Program-made: the position numbers and the translations under genes
Shown here: piece after piece, positions 1 through 9,922 of the stretch
Numbering within the stretch: the first letter of the stretch is position 1
Layout of the letters: each line of letters begins with the position of its first letter
The notes under the pieces: model-generated
What the model was told of the DNA's origin: nothing
The model's input: only the letters and a program-made list of their open reading frames with translations
Database searches by the model: none
Virus record (IMG/VR): IMGVR_UViG_3300014137_000003
Source of the DNA: a virus
Strand: one strand, 5' to 3'
Length of the DNA stretch: 64,000 nt

Positions 1-417
1 GAAATCTCTTTCTTAAAGTTAGATTTTTCTTCCCTTAAACCTGAGTGGTTTGACATTGAAAGTAGAGAAATCAGAGAAGACGTTGTCGATGGTATCTTTG
101 AGTATTTCCTTAAACTGGCAATACGCTTAGGGGTAGAGGAGCCTAGTTGCTTAGAACAAGGCAAACTTCTTAGACGAGTTTTCCAAACACCTCAACTTAA
201 GGAGGGTACTTACAGGGCTTTCATTTGGGAGCCAGGCTCCATAATAGTAATACTTCTAACTAAAGATGAGGACTCCATTTATGTTGAATCTTCTGAAGCA
301 TTTACGAAGATACTCTTAGATGGAGAGTACGATTTCAACATTGGCTTTGACCATAGTGGTGGTATGGAGGCTGTGGAGCGTATGCTTAGGTGTGGGTGCG
401 AAGAAGTTATCGTGTAA
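1..417 (+). CDS. 3' end of a CDS entering from upstream (hypothetical protein)
   Basis: Frame 1 is open from nt 1 to TAA at 415-417 (ends ...GMEAVERMLRCGCEEVIV). It is absent from the ORF track because it has no start inside the window. Confidence 0.5.
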   Translation, partial: EISFLKLDFSSLKPEWFDIESREIREDVVDGIFEYFLKLAIRLGVEEPSCLEQGKLLRRVFQTPQLKEGTYRAFIWEPGSIIVILLTKDEDSIYVESSEAFTKILLDGEYDFNIGFDHSGGMEAVERMLRCGCEEVIV

Positions 418-468
418 CTCTTTAGTGCAGTCACTAATTACCGAATGTTTTAAATAGAAAGGCTAAAA

Positions 469-1800
469 ATGACATTTAATCCAAAAAGTAAAATGGACCG
501 AGTCCTAATCGTGGACTTCAATCACATGGCTCACAACTTCTCCTATGGAGGGGTACGGCTAACTAAGCAGATGGCAGTAGGTAATACTATTGAAACGGTA
601 GATACAACTATTGCTAACGGTACTATCAAAAACATCTTTAACTGGTCACGTGGTGGTCAGGTTCCTACGGTAGTTTGTTTTGATAGACCTTGTCCTAGTA
701 GGAAGGCTTACTTCATGACAGAGCAGTCTGAAGGAGTCGACGGTGAGTACAAAGGAAAACGTGAGTCTATGTCTCAGAGTATGTTTTCGGGTGTTGCTTT
801 AGCTCAGGATTACCTTGAGCGAGGAGGGGTATCTTGCCTAGCCCTACATAACTGGGAGGCAGATGACCTAGTTTTCCTAGCAATCCAACAAGCTAAACGA
901 CAGTACCCTAATCATTACATTGATTTGGTAACTAATGATGCTGACATGTTACCTTTGGTAGACGAGCAGGTATCGGTCTTCTTTAGAAGTAAGAAATTTA
1001 CTTGGGCTACAGATAAGTTCTTAGAAAAGAATCGGTATATGCAGGTAACTCCAGAAAATTACCAAGAAGTTATCGAAGGTCTTTCTAGTTTTAAGAACTT
1101 ATATGTTCCTTACAATAGCTTACTCCTTTATAAGGTATTGCGTGGTGACGTTGCTGATGGTATTGTTTCTCCGTTCCCTAAGGGTACGATGACACCTAGA
1201 CGTCTAGCTAGTATTGTATGGCAGTTGGAAAATGGGGTACTCGAAGAAGGTTTCTCATTAGCTTTTAGCGTTGGTTCTAATATTCCAGTTGGTATCAAAA
1301 CTACTAAGCCAAAAGCAATTTATCTCTTCGAAGAGTCTGAATATGCCGATTTTATAGAGTCTGCGTTTAGGCATAATAGTGATGGTAGTAGGGTAACGTA
1401 TGATTTATCGAAATTATTTGTTTATACCCCTAACCAGAAGAGTTACCACTTGTTGGATGGTAGTGAGCTAAGCTTAAAAGAAGCTAAGGCTATCATGGAC
1501 GATTTTAAATCCCAAGAAGGTTGGGAGAACAAGGAACGTCCTATTGAAATCAGGTATAACGACAACCCATTGCTAGACAAAATGGTTGAGGCTTTATCTC
1601 TTGTAGGCTTAACTGAAGAAGAGTGTGCTACTTTTAGAAAGCAATATAGGGGTATGAACTTAGCACAGGCTTTCCCTAACTTACCTCAGAATATTAAAAG
1701 GCTACCGAAGAAGCTTAATAGTATCAGTGGGTATGACGGAAGGGTGCTTAACTCGGTTGTTAATGTGTTGGGAATTAACTTAAATTCCCGTTACCTTTAG
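469..1800 (+). CDS. 5'-3' exonuclease / flap endonuclease (PIN-FEN fold) with extra C-terminal region
   Basis: Motifs LIVDFNHMAH, YKGKR, WEADDLVF and LVTNDADMLPLV match the acidic-site pattern of Pol I 5'-nuclease / phage T5 D15-type FENs. The RBS-like aaagg lies upstream. Confidence 0.75.
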   Translation: MTFNPKSKMDRVLIVDFNHMAHNFSYGGVRLTKQMAVGNTIETVDTTIANGTIKNIFNWSRGGQVPTVVCFDRPCPSRKAYFMTEQSEGVDGEYKGKRESMSQSMFSGVALAQDYLERGGVSCLALHNWEADDLVFLAIQQAKRQYPNHYIDLVTNDADMLPLVDEQVSVFFRSKKFTWATDKFLEKNRYMQVTPENYQEVIEGLSSFKNLYVPYNSLLLYKVLRGDVADGIVSPFPKGTMTPRRLASIVWQLENGVLEEGFSLAFSVGSNIPVGIKTTKPKAIYLFEESEYADFIESAFRHNSDGSRVTYDLSKLFVYTPNQKSYHLLDGSELSLKEAKAIMDDFKSQEGWENKERPIEIRYNDNPLLDKMVEALSLVGLTEEECATFRKQYRGMNLAQAFPNLPQNIKRLPKKLNSISGYDGRVLNSVVNVLGINLNSRYL

Positions 1801-1809
1801 GTAAACAAT

Positions 1810-1835
1810 GAGGTCTTATGACCTCTTTTATTTTT
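1810..1835 (+). terminator. rho-independent terminator
   Basis: GAGGTC-ttat-GACCTC perfect hairpin followed by TTTTATTTTT. Confidence 0.6.
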
Positions 1836-1867
1836 GTTTTCCGAATCTATCATCTCTTCTCTTAAAT

Positions 1868-1876
1868 TGTTATACT
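1868..1876 (+). promoter_or_regulatory. extended -10 promoter element (TGtTATACT) upstream of the adhesin gene
   Basis: TG at 1868-1869 and TATACT at 1871-1876, about 50 nt upstream of the ATG at 1927. Confidence 0.4.
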
Positions 1877-1926
1877 CTTTGTGTATTTCAAAAATACAGT
1901 TTTATATCTATATTTTGAGGTGACTT

Positions 1927-4900
1927 ATGAAAGAAATTAAGTTAGTTAGTAAACAAGGTTTCCGTATGTGGAAATCAGGTAAAATTTGGTTAACTTCTGG
2001 TGCCGTTGCAGGTGTGGCAGTAGTAGCCCTTGCAGGAGGTACTGTTAAAGCGGATGAAAATACTGCAGCAACAACTTCGGGTGCACCGACAACTGCCGTA
2101 ACTGCTCCAGCTCCTGCAGCAACAACTGCACCAGCAGCTCCGGTGGCAGCTACTACAACTCCAGCTCCAGCAGCAACAACTCCAGCTCCAGCAGCAACTG
2201 CTGAAACTCCTGCAGCTACAACAACTGCTCCAGCAACTTCAACTGCTCCATCTGAACCTACTGGCGTAGCCGTAACTGAGGGTTCTATTACAAATGATAC
2301 TGCCACTGGTTTGGCAGCTAATAACCTTAAGGATGCAGCAGCAGGTCGTTCTGAAGAAGGAAAACAAGCTGATTCTAACGCAGGTAAAGTTACTGGTGAA
2401 ACATCAGTATCTATCGACCACAAAGAAGTAACTGACGCAGCTAAAAAGGCTGAAGGTGTTGGTGTAAAAGTGGTTCAAGACCCTACATCTGTAGCTCCTA
2501 CAGCATCAAATGCATCACAAGCTGAAAAATCTAAAGGTTCAATCGTAGCTAAAGAGCATGCAAAAGCAGAAGAATTGAAATCAACTGCTACTGCACATTC
2601 AACTGCAGTGTCTAACTGGACAGCAGAAAAGAATTCTGTAGTTAAAGCAAATGAAGATTTGAATAATGCTCACAAATCAGCAGTCGAAGCTTACAACAAA
2701 TTTGTATCAACTTTAGATGCAGATACTGCAGCAGTAGTTGCAAAACACAAAGATGCTATCATCAAAACTACTGAAAAAGTACAAAACCTTGCTGACGGTT
2801 CTACCGTAGAGGGGTATCAAGCTTACATTAAATCACTCGCTGATCAACAAGCTTTGAACAAACAAGCTATTGCTGATTACTTGGCTAAAAAGGCAGAATT
2901 CGATGCAACTTCTGCTAAAGCTAAAGCAACTGTAGCAGAAAATGCTAGTCTTTCTGCTAGTGTAGTAGCTAAGAACAACAGCCTTTCTGCAAGTGTTGTA
3001 GCTAAAAACAACAGTCTTTCTGCAAGTGCAGTAGCAGAAACTGCTAGTCGTTCTAACTCTGCGAAAGCTGAAAACGAACGTTTGTCTCTATCAGCACAAA
3101 AAGCTACTGATGGTACTAACGCTACTGCATCAAACGCAGCTAAAAAAGTCAATGACGAAGCTAATGCCTACAACAAATCTGTTATGGAAGCAGCAGGTCT
3201 TCAATGGACTGGTGATTACGCTAAAGATAGTGCCACTGTAGAAGCTTACAACTCTAAGAAATCAAAAGAAGCTAACTCTTCTGAAGACCCAGTATTTAAC
3301 GGTGGTTACGACCGTAATCAAGCTCTTCCAGCAGCAGCTAACGGTTACACACCTAGCGGATCTTCAACTATGTTGAGCAAGGTTGAAGTTGCACCAGGTA
3401 TTGAAGCCATCGCAACTGGTGACCTTACACAACACGGTGCTAAAGTTCACTTGCGTGGTGATAATGTTAACCCAGCTAAAATCGTTACAAAAGTAAACTG
3501 GGGTAACGTCGAACTTGAAGGTGATAACAAACGTACTTTCGTACCAGGTGACAACAATGACATTTGGGGTAACACTTATGGATATGCAAGTGGTGGAGCT
3601 AATCGTTTCTACATTGTAAACCAACTTCAATGGTACAAGATTCCTAATGGTGCCACTACAATGGATGGTACAGTTCATGACCTTTGGGTAATGTTCCACA
3701 AAGATGCAACAGGTTTGCACCCAGCTTATCAAACTGGTGAAGTAGCCGTTTGGAACGCAAATGGTGCAGTTAACGCCATTGACGGTGGTACAGAACACCT
3801 TAGCGACCGCCCAGGGGATGGTATTCGTGCAGTCTACTCTCTAGACACACCTGACAACCATGACCCAGAAGTTCTTTGGATGGAATTGATTGCTGACATC
3901 GACGGTGGTCAAATGATGCAAGATATTGGGGGTATGAAGATCCTCGGTGTCGGTGGTGGTTTCGCTACTGACTCTGTAGTTACTAATAACCCTCGTGTAG
4001 ACGAACAACTTGGTTACGAGTATGGTATCGGACGTAACGATAAGTCTGCATTGAATGGTTACAATTCATCACCAGATGGTACTCTCCTTGCAATCGGTTC
4101 AGGTCTCTTCACTTATGTAGTTCGTAACACACCAGGTGGTAACAGTACAGGTGTTGCCCGTGCTGACTTCGGTGGTGATGCAACTACATCAGTAGCACTC
4201 GTTAAGAAGTTTAATCCTATCACTCTTAAACCTTTGACTTCTTACAACCCAGGTAAATCTGAGTACACTCCAGTAACTTTCAAACCTGCTGAGTTTACTC
4301 CAGAGAAGTTCACTCCAGAAAACTTCACTCCGAAAGAAGTTCCTAACGTTCCTCAAGCTCCAACATTGAGCTTGACTAAACTTACTGACCCAGCTAAACC
4401 TAAGCTTAAAGAAGTTCCTAAAGAACCTCAAGCTCCAACAGTTCACTACAATTTGACAGCTTTGAATGTTAACACACCTGTTGACAAGTCTGTTGAAAAT
4501 GAAGATGGCGTTGACATCAATGGTCAGTCTGTTGCTAAAGGTTCTGTAAACGTATTTAAACTTTCTCCAAAAGCTCTTTCAGCTGGTCGTCCTGTTACGG
4601 AATCTATCGTAAACAGCGACTACATCGACAATGGTTTGGAAACTCTTGTTGATAAAGTCAAAGAAGACAACAGCAAGGCTTATGATGTAACTTATGATGC
4701 AACAACTCGTTTGTTGACATTCAAAGCTAACGCATCTGAAATTGCTCGTGCGAATGCTGATCGCTCTAAAGAGTACACACCAACTCCAATCAAAGTTACT
4801 TACAAAGTGCTTAACGATGCAGCAATGTATGAAAATACATTCAAGATGGATGTGAACGGTGGTGCTACTACTGGTAAGGGGTATACATCATATTCTAACA

Positions 4901-6291
4901 AAGTTCGTATTTACACACCAGGTAAACCAAACAATCCTAACGACCCACAAAACCCAAATGGTGGGGGTAACCATAAGATTCAACCAGTTAAGAACAATAC
5001 CAACAAAGAAGGTAAAAATATTAACGGTAAGACTCTCCTCCAAAACGACGTAAACTACTACGTTGCAGAGTGGGATATGGACCAATACATCAATGATAAA
5101 TCTTCTAAATCAGCTATTGCTGAAGGTTTCGGTTATCTTGATAACCCACAAGACGATGCTTTAGAGGGTATCGAAAAAGACTTTAAAGCAGTTGATGCTA
5201 AAGGTAATGATGTTACTAAAGAGTTGAACTTCTACAAAGCTGACTCAGCTAAGTTGTCTGAATTGCCAGAAGAAGCTCAAAAACTAATTAAGAAGAGCGG
5301 TATTGATGTATCTAACTTCGGTACATTCTACGTTTGGACAGCTAAAGATAACCAAGCATTCTACGACAAGTATGTGAAGACTGGTACTGATATCTTCTTC
5401 AACTTACCAATGTCTATTAAAAAAGGCTTTACTGGTGACTACACTAACCAAACATGGCAAATTGACTTCGGTAACGGATACACTGGTAACATTGTTAAAA
5501 ACGACGTACCAGGTTTGACTCCTAAGAAAGATGTCATCGTAGATGGTAAATCTTCTGACGGAGCAACAGTTGCTTACGGTCAAGAGTTCCAATACTTGCT
5601 TAACGGTGCTATCATCCCAGGAAACCGTGGGGAAGCTCTTTGGGAATACAAATACCTCGATGATTACGATCAAACAGGTGACAAATTCCTTGGAACATAC
5701 ACTGTGAAAGCTACTACAGATGTTACTGTAGCACACAAAGTTACTCTTACAGAGGATACAACTTACAAAGAAGATGTTACTCTTGAAGACGGAACTGTTG
5801 TAAAAGCAGGTCAAACTGTTCGTAAGGGTTCTGTAGTGAAAGTGAAAGAAGTACTTGCTAAGGGTACTGACTTGACTAAGTACACTACTATGGAACACAA
5901 TGCTACAGATGGTATCGTAACTATCGCATTCAAGGAAGACTTCCTTGCATCTATCGTAGATGACAGCAAGTTCGGTGCTGATGCAGCTCTTGACTTCAAA
6001 CGTATTGCTTACGGTACTTTTGAAAACACTTACATCAACCGTGTAAACGGGGTAGACTACATCTCTAACACTGTTAAGACAACTACTCCTAAACCAGAAA
6101 CACCAAAACCTAACACACCAACTCCTAACACACCAACTCCTAGCACTCCAACTCCAGCTCCAGCGCCAGAGAAGAAAGTGTTGCCTCATACTGGTGAAGA
6201 AAAATCAGCTATGGGTATTGTAGGTGGATTGATGGCTCTCATGTCTCTTGTTGGTATTGGTATGGGTACTAAACGTACTAAAGAAGACTAA
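1927..6291 (+). CDS. antigen I/II (SpaP/SspB/PAc)-family LPxTG cell-wall-anchored adhesin
   Basis: KxYKxGKxW-type signal peptide (FRMWKSGKIW). Ala/Thr/Pro-rich N-terminus, Ala-rich coiled-coil A-region, globular V-like region, Pro-rich P-region (FTPEKFTPENFTPKEVP...PKEPQAPTVHYN), C-terminal domains and a TP-rich wall spacer. Ends with LPHTGE + TM + KRTKED. Confidence 0.85.
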   Translation: MKEIKLVSKQGFRMWKSGKIWLTSGAVAGVAVVALAGGTVKADENTAATTSGAPTTAVTAPAPAATTAPAAPVAATTTPAPAATTPAPAATAETPAATTTAPATSTAPSEPTGVAVTEGSITNDTATGLAANNLKDAAAGRSEEGKQADSNAGKVTGETSVSIDHKEVTDAAKKAEGVGVKVVQDPTSVAPTASNASQAEKSKGSIVAKEHAKAEELKSTATAHSTAVSNWTAEKNSVVKANEDLNNAHKSAVEAYNKFVSTLDADTAAVVAKHKDAIIKTTEKVQNLADGSTVEGYQAYIKSLADQQALNKQAIADYLAKKAEFDATSAKAKATVAENASLSASVVAKNNSLSASVVAKNNSLSASAVAETASRSNSAKAENERLSLSAQKATDGTNATASNAAKKVNDEANAYNKSVMEAAGLQWTGDYAKDSATVEAYNSKKSKEANSSEDPVFNGGYDRNQALPAAANGYTPSGSSTMLSKVEVAPGIEAIATGDLTQHGAKVHLRGDNVNPAKIVTKVNWGNVELEGDNKRTFVPGDNNDIWGNTYGYASGGANRFYIVNQLQWYKIPNGATTMDGTVHDLWVMFHKDATGLHPAYQTGEVAVWNANGAVNAIDGGTEHLSDRPGDGIRAVYSLDTPDNHDPEVLWMELIADIDGGQMMQDIGGMKILGVGGGFATDSVVTNNPRVDEQLGYEYGIGRNDKSALNGYNSSPDGTLLAIGSGLFTYVVRNTPGGNSTGVARADFGGDATTSVALVKKFNPITLKPLTSYNPGKSEYTPVTFKPAEFTPEKFTPENFTPKEVPNVPQAPTLSLTKLTDPAKPKLKEVPKEPQAPTVHYNLTALNVNTPVDKSVENEDGVDINGQSVAKGSVNVFKLSPKALSAGRPVTESIVNSDYIDNGLETLVDKVKEDNSKAYDVTYDATTRLLTFKANASEIARANADRSKEYTPTPIKVTYKVLNDAAMYENTFKMDVNGGATTGKGYTSYSNKVRIYTPGKPNNPNDPQNPNGGGNHKIQPVKNNTNKEGKNINGKTLLQNDVNYYVAEWDMDQYINDKSSKSAIAEGFGYLDNPQDDALEGIEKDFKAVDAKGNDVTKELNFYKADSAKLSELPEEAQKLIKKSGIDVSNFGTFYVWTAKDNQAFYDKYVKTGTDIFFNLPMSIKKGFTGDYTNQTWQIDFGNGYTGNIVKNDVPGLTPKKDVIVDGKSSDGATVAYGQEFQYLLNGAIIPGNRGEALWEYKYLDDYDQTGDKFLGTYTVKATTDVTVAHKVTLTEDTTYKEDVTLEDGTVVKAGQTVRKGSVVKVKEVLAKGTDLTKYTTMEHNATDGIVTIAFKEDFLASIVDDSKFGADAALDFKRIAYGTFENTYINRVNGVDYISNTVKTTTPKPETPKPNTPTPNTPTPSTPTPAPAPEKKVLPHTGEEKSAMGIVGGLMALMSLVGIGMGTKRTKED
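2941..3039 (+). repeat. 3 x 33-nt in-frame tandem repeat (11-aa units ..SLSASVVAKNN..) inside the adhesin A-region
   Basis: Units at 2941-2973, 2974-3006 and 3007-3039, read directly (NASLSASVVAK / NNSLSASVVAK / NNSLSASAVAE). Confidence 0.8.
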
Positions 6292-6314
6292 CTAACTTAG
6301 TTAATATATTAAGA

Positions 6315-6343
6315 AGCTCGCAGTTACTGTGGGCTTTTTATTT
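6315..6343 (+). terminator. rho-independent terminator
   Basis: AGCTCGCAG-tta-CTGTGGGCT forms a 9-bp stem (two G-U pairs) followed by TTTTATTT. Confidence 0.6.
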
Positions 6344-6546
6344 AATTCTTGTACTGTATATGTTATTAAAGGTTGGGGTAGTTAAATTACTGTGGAAGTA
6401 GTTTAAGTCTTTCAACTTGGGAAGTTACTTGGGGTAGCTTATTCCAGACGGGATTTATTTTAGTATCGTTTTGTTACTATTTTACATTCCTTTGTTTTCT
6501 TATATACAGTTACTTTAAATTTTTTAGGGAATTACTTTGTATTTTT

Positions 6547-6569
6547 TATAAGTTTATAGTAAACTTATA
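6547..6569. promoter_or_regulatory. 10-bp perfect inverted repeat (operator-like) upstream of the PrgA-like gene
   Basis: TATAAGTTTA-tag-TAAACTTATA, about 95 nt upstream of the ATG at 6662. Confidence 0.35.
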
Positions 6570-6661
6570 TTTGTAGTTTGGTAGGTGTGTCGTAGGTTTA
6601 TTACCTATTATATACTTTACCTATTCTTATATTTTATGTTTAACACAAGGAGTTTTATATT

Positions 6662-9600
6662 ATGTTTAAAGACAAAGTTCAAGGGCATGGCTCTATTAAG
6701 AAATTGCGTACTGGTGCAGTTGTGTCAGTACTAACACTATCAGTACTAGGTGGGGTATCTGTTGTAAACGCAGACGAAACAACCTTAACTGAAGCTACTG
6801 CAAATAATGTAGAAGTAGTTGCGAAAGATACTACAGCTGAGGCTACTACCGGTAATGTAGCAGTAGCTTCAACAGAAGCAAAATCTGAAACAACTCCAGT
6901 AGCACAGCCTACTGGAGTCAAAGCTGAAACGGTAGCAGAAACACCTGTTGCCCCAACAGTAACCGCAGATCAAGTTGCTAACGCTAAAGTCGTAGCAAAC
7001 CAAGCTAATCAAGCATTGAACGCTCAAGAGGGTGTTGTTGCTAGTGCTGAAACAGCAGTAACTGAAAACAACAACACTGTTACTGATTTGGGTAATCAAA
7101 TCACGGAAGTTGAAAAGATTACACCTGAGGTAGTTGCCGAAGCTAAATCAGATCAAGCGAAAGCTAAAGAAACACTAGACCAAGCTACAGCAGCTACAAC
7201 AAGTGTTGAGGGTAGCCTTACTGATGCTACAAATAAAGAAGCAACTCAAAAAGGTGTAGTTGCCAAAGCTGAGTCAACTGTTGAAAAGACTGCAAGTGCA
7301 GTTGCTGATGCTGAGAAGAAAGTAGAAGCTCTTTCAGCTACAACAGATACTGCTAAATTGGATCAAGACGTTAAGGACTTGACTACAAAAGTAGCTGAAG
7401 ACACTACTAATGTAAAATCTGCTAAGGACTCTCTTGAGGCAGCTAAGTTGTCTGTAAGTAACAAAGACCAAGCAATCAAGGATCAAAAATCTGTTGTAAC
7501 TACTGCTGAGGGTACTGTTGAAAGCTCTTCTAAAGCGTATGATACTGCTAAAGGCAACCAAGAAGGTACTCAAACAGCTGAAAATTCAACTAAATCTGCT
7601 CTTGACGAAGCTAAGAAAGGTAAAGTTGTAACAGAAACTGTTAAAGCAGGTGAAGTTACAACTGTAACAGCCGATGGGGTATATTTGAACAAAGGTGTTG
7701 CTTATTCAAACTTTACAGAAACTAATGGTATAGTTACAAGCCAAGCTTATTTGGATGCAATCAAAGCCCTTGCTAAAGGTACAGGGTCTGTCCAAGCCGT
7801 TAAGGATGCAATCAAGAAGGGTGACGAAAATGGTAACAACCTAGCTATCGTGTCAGCTCCTACTTCATCTGCATATAATTCATGGGTTAAAAACATGGAT
7901 TTCAACTTTGCTAACACAGATTCAGCAACTAAGTTGGATGTTAACAATTTGTCTGACAGCCAGTTGACTGACTTGGCATTGTTCTACACTGCTTTGCTTA
8001 ACGACCTTCGTTTCAAAGTGGGTACTAACTTGGTAACTGTAACCGATCAAAGTGTCGCTGAAGCTAAGAAGACAGTAACATCTATCTTTGACAAGTTGTT
8101 CCCAGCTTACAAAGGCATGGATGGAGCTCAACTTGAAGCTAATGGTTTTTGGAACTCTATGTCAGATCCTAAGAACCCTTTGAAATACACAGGTACTAGC
8201 TTGCAAGATACTGTTAAGGGTATTGACTCTGAAGATATAACTGTTATCGGGCAAAAACCCGCAAACAACGTAAGCTATGAAAACAATGACGGACGTAAAC
8301 AGACTATGTTCGACTTGAAAGCTAAAATCTTTGCTAACTTGGGTAACCAACTCTATGGTACTTCAGGTATGGGGTATCTTGGTGAAGCTTACGGTGGTGT
8401 TGATGGCAAACGCTCTGACAACTTTGATCTAGCTTTGGAAGTTCTTGGTCTTAAGGGTACTTCTACAACAGCAGGTATTGATTTTGGATTCACAAACACT
8501 TACAATGGTATGATTGACCGTGCACCAAGCACTTACACTGTACTAGGTAATTCTTATGGTAAAGCTATCAACAATCCTTACCAAACACTTGAAAACCCTA
8601 AAGAAACTGTAACTCCAGTCTATAAAGACGTAGAACGTACTATTGTAGATGATGCAGCAGTTGCTAAGGCTCAAACAAACTATAATGCAGCAGTAAAAGC
8701 TAACCAAGACGCTAAATCTAAGGTAGCTACTGCAGAGACTGCCTATAACACTGCAAAAGAAGCTCTTGCAAACGCTCAGAAACGTTTGGCTGACTTGGTA
8801 GGGGGTACTGTAGATATTCCAGCTCTTGAGAAAGCGTTGGCTGAGGCTCAAACTCAACTTGAATCTGATCAGGCTTCTCTTCAAACTGCAAAAGAAACTC
8901 TTGCTTTGGCTAAGGCTAGTGCAACCGACAAGGCTAAGGCTTTGGAAGTAGCTAAGACTGAACTTGCTGAAGCTACAAAATCTAGCGAAACAGCCAAAGG
9001 GGTACTCGCTAAAGAAAAAGAAACTCTTGAAATTCTTGCTAAAGCCGTAGCAGTTGCTCAAACAGCTCTTACAGACGCTCGTACTAAACAAGACGTTGCT
9101 AAAACAAAATTCATTACTGCTAGTGTTAAAGCTGAAGACCTTGCCACTAAATTGGCTAATAAGGCAACAGTATTGGCTGACTTGAATTCTAAGCTTGCTG
9201 ACGCTAAAGCTAAGTCTAGCAAACTCGCTGATGAACTTAAGACTGCTAAAGAGCGTTACGAAACTCTTAAGAAAGACTCAAACGCTAAGAACGTAGAATA
9301 CCTCCGTTTGGCAACTGTAAAAGCTGAACAAGATAAGGCTGAGGCTGAAGTTGCGCGTTTGCAGGCTCTTAAAGATAAGGCTGATGCAATCGTTGCACAA
9401 GGTGGTGTTGTAGTACAGGTAGTTGACGCTGATGGTAATGTTGTTGACGTAGTGGATGGTACTAAAGCAACTAAGAACGCTGACGGCTCTATCGCTATCG
9501 AAGGTAAACAGTATGCTCTTAACAATGATGGTACTGTATCTAGGGTAGTTGTTCCAACAGCTGACACTGGGGTATCTTCTGCTAACGCTAACGGCACAGG

Positions 9601-9805
9601 GGTAGCAAACAATAACTTTGTTACAACTAGCTATGCAAAAGGTTTTGCAACATCTTACTATGCAGGAAGCTACACAGATTCTGCTAATAAGTCTAAATCT
9701 CTACCAAACACTGGTGAGGCTGACTCATCTGTATGGGCTAAGGTGGGTGTAGGGTTGCTTTCAGCTCTTACGCTTGGATACTTTATGAAACGTAAAGAAA
9801 ACTAA
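6662..9805 (+). CDS. LPxTG-anchored coiled-coil surface protein, PrgA/Sec10 surface-exclusion-like architecture
   Basis: YSIRK-like signal peptide (GSIKKLRTG). Two long Ala/Lys/Glu coiled-coil arms flank a central globular region (..NNLSDSQLTDLALFYTALLNDLRFKVGT..) reminiscent of the SEC10/PgrA domain. Ends with LPNTGE + TM + KRKEN. Confidence 0.65.
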   Translation: MFKDKVQGHGSIKKLRTGAVVSVLTLSVLGGVSVVNADETTLTEATANNVEVVAKDTTAEATTGNVAVASTEAKSETTPVAQPTGVKAETVAETPVAPTVTADQVANAKVVANQANQALNAQEGVVASAETAVTENNNTVTDLGNQITEVEKITPEVVAEAKSDQAKAKETLDQATAATTSVEGSLTDATNKEATQKGVVAKAESTVEKTASAVADAEKKVEALSATTDTAKLDQDVKDLTTKVAEDTTNVKSAKDSLEAAKLSVSNKDQAIKDQKSVVTTAEGTVESSSKAYDTAKGNQEGTQTAENSTKSALDEAKKGKVVTETVKAGEVTTVTADGVYLNKGVAYSNFTETNGIVTSQAYLDAIKALAKGTGSVQAVKDAIKKGDENGNNLAIVSAPTSSAYNSWVKNMDFNFANTDSATKLDVNNLSDSQLTDLALFYTALLNDLRFKVGTNLVTVTDQSVAEAKKTVTSIFDKLFPAYKGMDGAQLEANGFWNSMSDPKNPLKYTGTSLQDTVKGIDSEDITVIGQKPANNVSYENNDGRKQTMFDLKAKIFANLGNQLYGTSGMGYLGEAYGGVDGKRSDNFDLALEVLGLKGTSTTAGIDFGFTNTYNGMIDRAPSTYTVLGNSYGKAINNPYQTLENPKETVTPVYKDVERTIVDDAAVAKAQTNYNAAVKANQDAKSKVATAETAYNTAKEALANAQKRLADLVGGTVDIPALEKALAEAQTQLESDQASLQTAKETLALAKASATDKAKALEVAKTELAEATKSSETAKGVLAKEKETLEILAKAVAVAQTALTDARTKQDVAKTKFITASVKAEDLATKLANKATVLADLNSKLADAKAKSSKLADELKTAKERYETLKKDSNAKNVEYLRLATVKAEQDKAEAEVARLQALKDKADAIVAQGGVVVQVVDADGNVVDVVDGTKATKNADGSIAIEGKQYALNNDGTVSRVVVPTADTGVSSANANGTGVANNNFVTTSYAKGFATSYYAGSYTDSANKSKSLPNTGEADSSVWAKVGVGLLSALTLGYFMKRKEN

Positions 9806-9819
9806 TTAAATAGTTAGAT

Positions 9820-9854
9820 AGATAAGTCTAGTTTTCTAGGCTTATCTTTTTTTA
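9820..9854 (+). terminator. rho-independent terminator
   Basis: AGATAAGTCTAG-tttt-CTAGGCTTATCT (12-bp stem, one G-U) followed by a T7 run. Confidence 0.65.
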
Positions 9855-9922
9855 TTTAATAGGTTATTTTACTGCCCCTAAAGACTGTATAGTTGAAAAT
9901 TGGAATGTATGAGGTTTTCAGT

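Noticed and set aside
1908-2423. 171-aa minus-strand ORF opposite the N-terminus of the adhesin gene
   Set aside because: It is the antisense reading of the Ala/Thr/Pro-rich repeats (a low-complexity A/V/G product). It has no RBS and lies entirely inside a gene with clear signal-peptide and LPxTG logic.
2941-3039. Tandem repeats (also 22644-23043) considered as possible CRISPR-like arrays
   Set aside because: They are in-frame coding repeats with no unique spacers, inside well-supported ORFs. No CRISPR array exists in the window.
5404-6189. 261-aa minus-strand ORF (and other minus-strand ORFs at 2877-3152, 3364-3798, 4189-4446, 4888-5085, 5811-5999) inside the adhesin gene
   Set aside because: All are embedded antisense in a well-supported + strand CDS. 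Their products are Cys/Phe/Ser-rich nonsense-like strings, and there are no start signals.
6679-9612. Minus-strand ORFs within the PrgA-like gene (6679-6921, 6869-7099, 7334-7573, 7747-7947, 7922-8131, 8162-8350, 8543-9091, 9256-9612)
   Set aside because: These are antisense shadows of a coiled-coil gene with biased codons. None has an RBS or a recognisable motif.
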